Position numbers and translations under genes: made by a program. 64,000 nucleotides of DNA from an uncultured Spirochaetota bacterium (lineage in GTDB: Bacteria > Spirochaetota > UBA4802 > UBA5550): the NCBI GenBank assembly GCA_963827275.1, contig CAWHAA010000004.1, forward strand, positions 512,001 to 576,000, given 5' to 3'. Under the pieces are notes generated by a model. That model did no database searches and was not told the origin of the DNA. It worked only from the letters and a program-made list of their open reading frames with translations. Of this stretch, positions 18,346 through 26,194 are shown piece by piece (the stretch's first letter is position 1; each line of letters starts with the position of its first letter).

Positions 18346-20196
18346 TCAGCGTATTATTTCGTTTCTGTTCCGCAGGGATTCAATCTCTCGGTTGATCATG
18401 GCCTTGATTTCCCGGTCCTTTCCCCCGCGCATGTATCCGAGCATCTCGATGATGTTCCTGGCGGACAGGACCCGCGGGACAAACACGTAATCGGCCCCTT
18501 CCGCGTACATCTTCAGGGCCCGCTCTATGCTCTCGGCGGTAACGATTATTTTCGCCTCCGGGCAGATTTCTTTCATATGCCTGATGATCCTCAGGTTATC
18601 GGTCCCAACGAGTATCGTGTCAGGTATGGTTGATATGACGATTTTCGCGTCATGGATGCCCGCGTGATGCAATGTGTCAGGGTGGCTGATGTCCCCGTAC
18701 ACGACCTTGATCCCCATGCTCTGGAGTGACTCGTGTATCTCCGGATTGAAATCCACGACTATTATCTTGTTCTTCAGCGGGATCCCGTCTGCGTCGTTGC
18801 CGGTTTCAATTATATCATGCAGCAGGGAGCTTGCGGTGCGGAAGAATCCGAGTATGGCGATCTCCCTGCTGTGTGCCGCTCCATCCTTCTCTTCCGCGGA
18901 TTTGATCTCCCTGAATCCGATTTTTTTCAGCAGGGACGCCCCGCCTTTCTGGATGGCGTCGCTGTATTTAATCATGTAGGTCGATACGATCGAGGTGATG
19001 ACGAAGACGAATATTATTATCGACATCGTGTCGCGTGAAATATGGCCGGCCGTCACGCCGAGGGCGGCGATGACCAGCGAGAATTCGCTGATCTGGGCGA
19101 GGTTGATGGGCGTCAGGAGGCTTACGCGAAGGCCGTTTTTCAATGAATAGAGTACGGGGAAGACGGCCAGGAACCGGGACGCTATTAAAAACAGCGATAC
19201 AACCGCGGCCGTTGCGAGTATCGCGGTATTATCGAGCGGGTTGGGTATCTGCATGCCCAGCGACACGAAAAAGAGCGTGACGAAAAAATCCCTGATATTG
19301 ACCACCTTCGCAATAACGTCGAGGTTGTAGGGAAAGGTTGATATCGAAACGCCCGCGATCAGCGCCCCCATTTCGAGGGAGAGGTTCAGGAAATTCGCCG
19401 CGCCGCAGACCAGGAAGCACCATCCAAGCGAGGAAACAAGCACAAGCTCCGGGACCTTTGCGACCGACTTGAATACCCGGGGTAATATATATTTGCTGAT
19501 CAGCATGCTGACTGCGACGAGGAGCAATCCCCTGCCGAAGGAGAGCAGAATCTGGACAATGTCGGGGTTTGCCAGGTTCGGCTGTATGCCCAGAAGAAGT
19601 ATTGCCCAGAGGTCCTGGAACACGAGGATCCCCAGCGTAAGCCTGCCGGCCAGCGTGTCCAGCTCGAATTTTCCATACAGAAGCTTGACGACTATCGCGG
19701 TACTGCTGAGGCCGCAGCACGTGGCCAGGTAAAGGAGGTCATAGGTGCCCGTGCCCAGAGTGTAACCCATCAGGAGGAAAAATCCAATGCCGAGGGCCAG
19801 CGTTAAAGGGAATTGGGTGAGTCCACCGATGATGAGTGATTTTCCCGATTCTTTCAGCTTCTTAATGTCTATCTCGAGTCCGATCAGGAAAAGGAGCAGT
19901 ATGAGGCCGAAATGGGATATTGTTTCGATGTCATGAGCGTTCTGTATGAGCCCCAACCCCATGGCGGGCCCGATCACTATTCCGGCTGCCAGGTATGCCA
20001 GGAGGAGCGGCTGCTTGAGAAGGTGGCCGAGGTACGCCATGACAGTAGCCGCAAGTATTGCTATGCCGACGCCGCTGATCATGGTGTCGCCCCTGCCGCC
20101 CTCCGATTCGGCTGCGGTCAGTGATGCAGCCAGGGTCAGTAGCATTATTATTGTATATAAAAGGCAATAACGGATCGGTTCTGATGTTGTCCTCAT
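18346..20196 (-). CDS. CPA2/Kef-type cation:proton antiporter with C-terminal TrkA-N (RCK) domain
   Basis: LLFLIGLE, SSTAIVVKLL, GILVFQD, AQISEFS and C-terminal VVYGDISHPDTLHHAG. Confidence 0.9.
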   Translation of the reverse strand: MRTTSEPIRYCLLYTIIMLLTLAASLTAAESEGGRGDTMISGVGIAILAATVMAYLGHLLKQPLLLAYLAAGIVIGPAMGLGLIQNAHDIETISHFGLILLLFLIGLEIDIKKLKESGKSLIIGGLTQFPLTLALGIGFFLLMGYTLGTGTYDLLYLATCCGLSSTAIVVKLLYGKFELDTLAGRLTLGILVFQDLWAILLLGIQPNLANPDIVQILLSFGRGLLLVAVSMLISKYILPRVFKSVAKVPELVLVSSLGWCFLVCGAANFLNLSLEMGALIAGVSISTFPYNLDVIAKVVNIRDFFVTLFFVSLGMQIPNPLDNTAILATAAVVSLFLIASRFLAVFPVLYSLKNGLRVSLLTPINLAQISEFSLVIAALGVTAGHISRDTMSIIIFVFVITSIVSTYMIKYSDAIQKGGASLLKKIGFREIKSAEEKDGAAHSREIAILGFFRTASSLLHDIIETGNDADGIPLKNKIIVVDFNPEIHESLQSMGIKVVYGDISHPDTLHHAGIHDAKIVISTIPDTILVGTDNLRIIRHMKEICPEAKIIVTAESIERALKMYAEGADYVFVPRVLSARNIIEMLGYMRGGKDREIKAMINREIESLRNRNEIIR

Positions 20197-20205
20197 GGTG
20201 CCTCC

Positions 20206-20616
20206 TCAATGCAGGTTCGGGTTTTCTTTTTGCTTCATCAGAAATGACTTGAATCGTTCAGATTGCACTATGGCCCTGCAGGTAAAGAGCGAAATGGTAA
20301 AGGCCAGGTAGAAATACCCGAAAAAAACCTGTGTTGCTGCGATGATCTTGCCGCCCATGGTCGCCGGTATTATATCACCGTATCCCACGGTCGTCTGGGA
20401 TGTTATGCTGAAGTAAAAATGGTCCAGGTAGGAGGTCGTGTGGCTTAGTGCCGGCTCGCAGGTGTTGTATTTCAGCGATGGGGCCCCCTCAAAAAAGGGG
20501 AGCATCAGGTAATAGCAGAGTGAATAGATCACCGCTGTGCCGAGATACAAACAGATTACCAGGTATGTGCTCCGGGGATTATTGATGATATTCCACGCAT
20601 TGATCTTCATGGTCAT
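20206..20616 (-). CDS. Minimal two-TM potassium channel (Ion_trans_2)
   Basis: K+ selectivity filter TTVGYGD between two TM helices, with no cytoplasmic gating domain. Confidence 0.85.
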   Translation of the reverse strand: MTMKINAWNIINNPRSTYLVICLYLGTAVIYSLCYYLMLPFFEGAPSLKYNTCEPALSHTTSYLDHFYFSITSQTTVGYGDIIPATMGGKIIAATQVFFGYFYLAFTISLFTCRAIVQSERFKSFLMKQKENPNLH

Positions 20617-20836
20617 GCTTCCTGTTTTGTGGATTGTTTTCTATAGTATCTATCGTCAGGCGGTGAAAAGTGATTAATATACAAAAATAAAATAATAGAC
20701 ATTAATGTCCTGATATATTAATTTGTTTGTATGGCTTCCTTGTGTTAATGAGGAAGGCCATCTTGTCGCAATGTTCTCTTGGTTTTTCATGCAGCCGGTT
20801 CAGGTAATGATTAAAATCAATTACAAAGGAGCAAGC

Positions 20837-21703
20837 ATGCTGCTGCCTCCGCGAAGAATCCTGCTCGCAACAGACCTGAGCGCTCGAAGCGATCGGGCAC
20901 AGGACCGGGCCGTATCGCTCATGAAGATGTGGAATTCCGAGCTTGTGGCCCTCCATGTCCTGGAGGCGCCGAATGAAATCGGCGGAATCGCCCACATCCC
21001 TTTTTTCCCCTATCACAGGCCCAATGACCGGCGCATATTTAAGGCGCGGAATCAATTGCTTGAATCCATTGGCGATATCGGTCCGCGCATAACCGTGCGC
21101 ATCGAGGAAGGCGTGCCGCATGAGGCTATCATCCGGATTTCAGAGGAGGAGGGGTGTGATCTCATCGTCTGCGGCGTCGCGCGCAACGAGGTCCTCGGGC
21201 GCTTCACGCTGGGGAAAACGGCCGATCGTCTCATGCGCAAATCGGACAGGTCTATGCTGGTGGTGACCGAGCGTGTTCTGGCGCCCTACCGGAAAATCGT
21301 GGCAATAACCGACTTGTCGGAAGAATCGAAAAGGGCGATCGAGGTCGCTTCGAACTGGTTTCCCGAGCAGATGCTATCGGTATTGTACGCGTATTCCGCT
21401 CCCCGCTCGTCCTCGGTTGATAATATCGACGACTATCGAGAAAAGATGCGTCAGGTGGCGCAGCGCGATCTCATAAAATTTCTTGATTCGGCTGACGTGG
21501 CCGTTGAACGGCGCGCGCGCATCACTATGCTGGTCGAATTCGGGAAGGCAACAACCCTCATCAATGGCCTGCTTCAATTTTCCGATGTGGGGCTGGTTGT
21601 CGCGGGTCTGCACAGACGCGGTTTTTTATTCGATGCCGTTTTCGACAGTGAGGCAAAGCGCATCATATCCTCCCTTTCCTGTGATGCCTTGATCGTCCGA
21701 TGA
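20837..21703 (+). CDS. Tandem universal stress protein (USP)
   Basis: RRILLATDLS...DLIVCG...LGKTADRLMR plus a second USP domain. ATG 20837 follows aaaggag. Confidence 0.88.
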   Translation: MLLPPRRILLATDLSARSDRAQDRAVSLMKMWNSELVALHVLEAPNEIGGIAHIPFFPYHRPNDRRIFKARNQLLESIGDIGPRITVRIEEGVPHEAIIRISEEEGCDLIVCGVARNEVLGRFTLGKTADRLMRKSDRSMLVVTERVLAPYRKIVAITDLSEESKRAIEVASNWFPEQMLSVLYAYSAPRSSSVDNIDDYREKMRQVAQRDLIKFLDSADVAVERRARITMLVEFGKATTLINGLLQFSDVGLVVAGLHRRGFLFDAVFDSEAKRIISSLSCDALIVR

Positions 21704-21829
21704 AACTGCATGTGGAGTGCTGCTATACGGCCCATGCGTGGGTCTGTGCGCCAGCTGCCGATTGTAACGGTCGTCGGTCCAGGAAGCAATAATACGTTTT
21801 GCCTTTTTGCTGTCACGGATATAATCGGA

Positions 21830-23524
21830 ATGACTATGAACGAATACAATGTATTGATGACATTCGTCGGAAGCCTGGCGGCCGCACTGGTTCTCGGATA
21901 TTTGGCCCAGTGGCTGAAAATATCACCCATCGTCGGCTACCTCCTGGCCGGCATAGCCGTTGGCCCGTTTACTCCCGGCTTCACGGCACAGCAGGCGATT
22001 GCCCATCAGTTCGCGGAAATCGGCGTGATCCTTCTGCTTTTCGGCATAGGGCTGAGGTTCCATCTCCGCGAGCTGGCCGCCGTATGGCGGATCGCGGTGC
22101 CGGGCGCAATAATCCAGAGCGCTTTTTCAACTGCGGTGATGGCGGGCTTGTTGCACCTGCTTGGCTGGAGCTGGAGCTCCGGGGTCGTCCTCGGCCTCGC
22201 GATTTCTGTCGCGAGCACTGTCGTCATGGCCCTTGTGCTTGCGGAGCGGCACGACCTGCACGCGCCCATAGGACACATCGCCATTGGGTGGACGGTCGTT
22301 GAGGACATCCTCACCGTTGCATACCTTCTTCTCCTTCCGATTGTTTTTTCCGGCGATGGCGCTGGCGGCAGGGAGGCGGGATGGGCGCTCGCGATAACCG
22401 CGCTAAAAATTATCGGTTTGGCCGGCTCTGTTGTTGTCCTCGGCCGCTGGGTTATTCCATGGGCGCTGGAACGAATAGCGGTTACCCGTTCGCGTGAATT
22501 GTTTACTCTGTCAGTCCTGGTCATTGCCATGGGCATTGCTGTCGGGTCCTCGAAACTTTTCGGTGTTTCCATGGCCCTAGGGGCTTTTCTTGCGGGACTC
22601 GCGGTCGGCCGATCGGAATTCGCCGCCCGGGCCGGCGGTGATGCCCTGCCGATGCGCGACGCTTTCGCCGTGCTCTTCTTTGTTTCCATCGGTATGATGT
22701 TTGATCCCCGAAGTCTCGTAAACGAGGCGTTGGTCATTGTCGTTGTTCTATCGGTAGTGCTCGTCGGCAAGCCGCTTTCCACCTTGCTTACGGTACGCAT
22801 CCTTGGCAGACCGCTGTCAACAGCAATTCCCGTCGGCGCGGCCCTTTCGCAGGTGGGGGAATTCAGCTTCATTCTCGGGGTCGTCGCCAGGGATCTCAAC
22901 CTGTTGAGTGAAGCCGGCTGGAATGCAATGATAGCCGCGTCAATTATATCAATTGCTCTTAATCCATCAATTTACCGGTTTGCGCGGCGTATCTCTTCAC
23001 GGGCGGCAAAAAGCGTGCCTCCCGCCGGTGAGCGGCCGGCGGTCGATCCCCGGAAGTGCATTCTGGTCGGCTACGGGCCGGTCGGCAAAACCGTGCACCG
23101 CCTCCTGGCCGAACGCGGCGCGGTACTAACGGTAATAGAATTGAATCTTGATACGGTCCGCCGCCTGAAGGCCGAAGGATGCAATGCTCTCTATGGCGAC
23201 GTATTAAGACAGGGGACGCTGGAAGAGGCGGGCATAGCCGAGTCAGGAAGTCTCATTATTTCAGCCGATGTCGATGATGCGGCGGAGATCGTCAGACGGG
23301 CGTGCATTCTGAACAAGGACCTGCGTATTCTCGTGCGGTGCGCGCATCTCCGCGATGTCCCGGCTATCCGGAAAGCGGGGGCGACGGTTGTGGCTGCGGG
23401 TGAAGTTGAAGTGGCGGTTGCGCTTGCCGAAGCGGTTATCGAGGAGCATGGTTTGGATAACGGTGTTATGGCCGTGCGGCGTAAGGACATTCGCAGGGGC
23501 CTGTATGAGCCCTCTTCTGACTGA
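21830..23524 (+). CDS. CPA2 cation:proton antiporter (YbaL/RosB-like) with TrkA-N domain
   Basis: SPIVGYLLAG, AEIGVILLLFGIGL, SVASTVV, SQVGEFSF and ILVGYGPVG. Start at 21830 or 21836. Confidence 0.9.
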   Translation: MTMNEYNVLMTFVGSLAAALVLGYLAQWLKISPIVGYLLAGIAVGPFTPGFTAQQAIAHQFAEIGVILLLFGIGLRFHLRELAAVWRIAVPGAIIQSAFSTAVMAGLLHLLGWSWSSGVVLGLAISVASTVVMALVLAERHDLHAPIGHIAIGWTVVEDILTVAYLLLLPIVFSGDGAGGREAGWALAITALKIIGLAGSVVVLGRWVIPWALERIAVTRSRELFTLSVLVIAMGIAVGSSKLFGVSMALGAFLAGLAVGRSEFAARAGGDALPMRDAFAVLFFVSIGMMFDPRSLVNEALVIVVVLSVVLVGKPLSTLLTVRILGRPLSTAIPVGAALSQVGEFSFILGVVARDLNLLSEAGWNAMIAASIISIALNPSIYRFARRISSRAAKSVPPAGERPAVDPRKCILVGYGPVGKTVHRLLAERGAVLTVIELNLDTVRRLKAEGCNALYGDVLRQGTLEEAGIAESGSLIISADVDDAAEIVRRACILNKDLRILVRCAHLRDVPAIRKAGATVVAAGEVEVAVALAEAVIEEHGLDNGVMAVRRKDIRRGLYEPSSD

Positions 23525-23528
23525 TTAT

Positions 23529-23578
23529 TTACTCTGACTCCCGCAATCACCTGCAATGATACCGATAGTTATCGGTAA
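23529..23578 (+). repeat. Direct-repeat copy of the motif+hairpin unit at 18240-18288
   Basis: ttactctgactcccgcaatcacctgcaatgataccgatagttatcggtaa differs from 18240-18288 by 1 indel and 4 substitutions. Confidence 0.9.
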
Positions 23579-23732
23579 GAAAAGCAGCAGTACTGTCATA
23601 AACCTGATTGTTTCGAATAAAATGTCGGTTATTTGGGACAGTTATAAAATACTTCTTGAAAATTCACCTTATACGCTGACCATCACCCCTGTCATTAAGA
23701 ATCCATCAGACGGCCACGGCCGCGGAGAAAGC

Positions 23733-24500
23733 ATGATCACACTCGGCATCGACATCGGTTCAATCACCACCAAGGCGGCGGTCGTAAAGGACGGGAAGCT
23801 CCTCGGGACGCGGGTGGGCTTTACCGGCTACAATATCGAAAAGGCCTGGCGGCACGTCACGGAAGAGCTCCTCGGCGGGCTGGGGCTTGAATTTTCCTCA
23901 CTGGAGAAGATCGTCTCCACCGGTTACGGCAGGGCAAGTGTCGAGCCGGCCCACAAGTCTGTCACCGAGATCACCTGTCATGCCGCGGGGGCGCATTTCT
24001 GCGCGCCGCACATCCGTTCCATCATTGATATCGGCGGCCAGGACTCGAAATCGATCGTCCTCGACGAGAATGGGAAAGTAAAGGATTTCGTCATGAATGA
24101 CAAGTGCGCGGCCGGCACCGGTCGCTTCCTCGAGGTCATGGCGCGGGCGCTGCAGATTGATCTTGAGGATTTCGGCGATATCTCCCTCATGGCGGAAAAG
24201 CCGGGGAAGATATCGAGCCTCTGCACGGTGTTTGCCGAGTCGGAGGTCATCTCCCTCATCTCCCGGGGGGAGTCGCGTGAAAATATCGTTGCCGGCATCC
24301 ACGAGTCGATCGCGATGCGGATCTCGGCCATGGCCAACCGTGTGGGCGTGCGGCCGCCGCTCATGATGACCGGCGGCGTGGCCAAGAATGTCGGCGTGGT
24401 GAGGGCGCTGGAGAAGAAGCTCGGCATGCCGATTGAAGTGTCGGAGCACGCGCAGGTGATGGGCGCCATCGGCGCGGCGGTGCTGGCCAGGGATGTGTGA
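23733..24500 (+). CDS. 2-hydroxyacyl-CoA dehydratase activator (HgdC/HadI-like ASKHA ATPase)
   Basis: GIDIGSITTK, STGYGR, IDIGGQDSK, MNDKCAAGTGRFLE and CTVFAESE. Start MITLG follows ggag. Confidence 0.92.
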   Translation: MITLGIDIGSITTKAAVVKDGKLLGTRVGFTGYNIEKAWRHVTEELLGGLGLEFSSLEKIVSTGYGRASVEPAHKSVTEITCHAAGAHFCAPHIRSIIDIGGQDSKSIVLDENGKVKDFVMNDKCAAGTGRFLEVMARALQIDLEDFGDISLMAEKPGKISSLCTVFAESEVISLISRGESRENIVAGIHESIAMRISAMANRVGVRPPLMMTGGVAKNVGVVRALEKKLGMPIEVSEHAQVMGAIGAAVLARDV

Positions 24501-26072
24501 TTACTCCGGGTACCCGGTGATTTCGTGGATCCTCCTGAAGAGCGGCTTCAACCGCGGGTATATGTCCCGGTACACCTTCCGGTAGAGCTCGTCGTAGAGG
24601 CGGTGGTTTTCCGGTATCGGATCGAACACGTCCCGGAGACGCGTCATGGCCCTCACCGCTTCCGGGAAGCCGGGATAGAGACGGAGCCCCACGGCCGCGT
24701 TGATGGCCGCACCCAGCGCCGATGTCTCGTAGGTGTGGGGGCGCTCCGCCGGGAGGCCGAATACATCGGCCGTTATGCGCATCGCCATGTCGCTCTGCGA
24801 CCCGCCGCCCGAAACCCGGAGGCGTGAGATGGGCGTCTTCGTTTTCTTTACCGTGAACTCCGATCCTTCGCGCAGGGCGTACACCAGTCCCTCGAGTATA
24901 GAACGGTAGAGGTACGCGCGGTTGTGCACGTCGCCGAAGCCTATGATCGAACCTTTCGCGTAGGGGTCCATGTTCGACCCGGGCGACCAGTAGGGCTGGA
25001 GCATAAGCCCCATTGACCCGGCCGGCGTGTTCCGTATCAATTCGTCGAAGAGCTTTTCCGGCGCGACGCGCTTCTTCTCCGCGATCTCCTTTTCCCTGAG
25101 GCCGAATTCCTCCCTGAACCAGCTCACCATCCAGAACCCGCGGTATACCATAACCTCCGTGTAATACGCGCCCGGCATCGCCGCAGGGTAAGGCGGCACC
25201 ATGGGAACAAGCTCGATATACCGGTTTGACACCGTGTTGAAGGTCGCGGTGGTGCCGAAGCTCATGCAGCCGATATCCGGCGTGAGGCTTCCTCCGCCGA
25301 GGATCTCGCATCCTTTGTCAGTCCCCGCGGCGAAGACGGGAAGGCCTGCCGGGATGCCGGTCTCGTGCGACGCGCGCCGGGTGATGCGCCCCATTTTCTC
25401 CGACGGCTTCACAAGGCAGGGCAGCTTTTCCCGCTCCACCTGGAAGAGCCGCCACTTGATGTCGTGCGGTCCGGCCCAATTGTATGTTTTACTGTTGAAC
25501 GGCAGGTAGCCGACGTTGTTGCTGGTAGAATCGGTGTACTCGCCCGTCAGCATGTAGGTGAAGAAGCCGGAGAGGTAAAGGTACTTGTGCGTCTTCTCCC
25601 ATATGTCCGGCTGGTGCTGGCGGATCCAGTTCGCCTCGCAGATTTCAGCAACGCCCTGGACAAGGTCAAGCTTGTTCACCGCGCGGAGCAGGGGCCGTGC
25701 GGCCGCGGGTATGATCCCGCTTGCGTCCGCCTTTCTCTGGTCCAGCCAGGTGATGGCCGGGCGGAGAGGCCTGCCGTCCGCGCCGAGATTAATCATCGTG
25801 GCGCGCTGGGTGGTAAGAGTGACGCCCGCTATCCGCTCTTTTGCCCGTCCGGCCTTTTTGAGGAGGCCGCGGCATGATGCGCAGAGCATGCGCCAGTAAT
25901 AGTCAGGGTCCTGTTCCGCCCATCCCGGATGTTCGGCGTAATAAGGCACGATAGTAGTCTTTACAATATTTACGATGTTCCCGCCGGTATCGATCAGAGC
26001 CGCCCGTATCGACTGGGTCCCGGCGTCGATGGCGAGTATCAGTTCTCCGCTCGTGGTCTTTTGTCCCTTCAT
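24501..26072 (-). CDS. FGGY-family carbohydrate kinase
   Basis: LAIDAGTQS, PGWAEQDP, AITWLDQR, SGGGSQS and ETSALGAA. Start MKGQK follows aaggag; the ORF-track extension is repeat DNA. Confidence 0.9.
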   Translation of the reverse strand: MKGQKTTSGELILAIDAGTQSIRAALIDTGGNIVNIVKTTIVPYYAEHPGWAEQDPDYYWRMLCASCRGLLKKAGRAKERIAGVTLTTQRATMINLGADGRPLRPAITWLDQRKADASGIIPAAARPLLRAVNKLDLVQGVAEICEANWIRQHQPDIWEKTHKYLYLSGFFTYMLTGEYTDSTSNNVGYLPFNSKTYNWAGPHDIKWRLFQVEREKLPCLVKPSEKMGRITRRASHETGIPAGLPVFAAGTDKGCEILGGGSLTPDIGCMSFGTTATFNTVSNRYIELVPMVPPYPAAMPGAYYTEVMVYRGFWMVSWFREEFGLREKEIAEKKRVAPEKLFDELIRNTPAGSMGLMLQPYWSPGSNMDPYAKGSIIGFGDVHNRAYLYRSILEGLVYALREGSEFTVKKTKTPISRLRVSGGGSQSDMAMRITADVFGLPAERPHTYETSALGAAINAAVGLRLYPGFPEAVRAMTRLRDVFDPIPENHRLYDELYRKVYRDIYPRLKPLFRRIHEITGYPE

Positions 26073-26089
26073 GGCATTCTCCTTATAAT

Positions 26090-26178
26090 CCCTCCCCCTT
26101 GAAGAGGGAGGGCAGGGTGGGGGCGGGTCCACCTCGCTTTTTTTCACCCTCTCCCGGCCCCTCCCGTCAAGGGAGGGG
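26090..26178. repeat. Inverted REP-like doublet (CCCTCCC...GGGAGGG family)
   Basis: ccctcccccttgaagagggagggcagggtggggg and caccctctcccggcccctcccgtcaagggagggg lie in opposite orientation, each with an internal hairpin. Confidence 0.7.
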
Positions 26179-26194
26179 AAACGGCGGCTTTAGC

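Noticed and set aside
22502..22512. Partial motif matches (tttactctgtc here; also near 8603, 14140, 61766 and 61834)
   Set aside because: They match only 9-10 bases and lack the full CTCTGAC core or its flanks, so they are compatible with chance and were not counted.
23556..23732. N-terminal extension of the dehydratase activator (MIPIVIGK...)
   Set aside because: It begins inside the hairpin repeat. The family-typical start MITLGIDIG with an RBS is at 23733.
26073..26147. Pro-rich N-terminal extension of the FGGY kinase
   Set aside because: It is translated REP-like repeat. A good RBS precedes ATG 26072.
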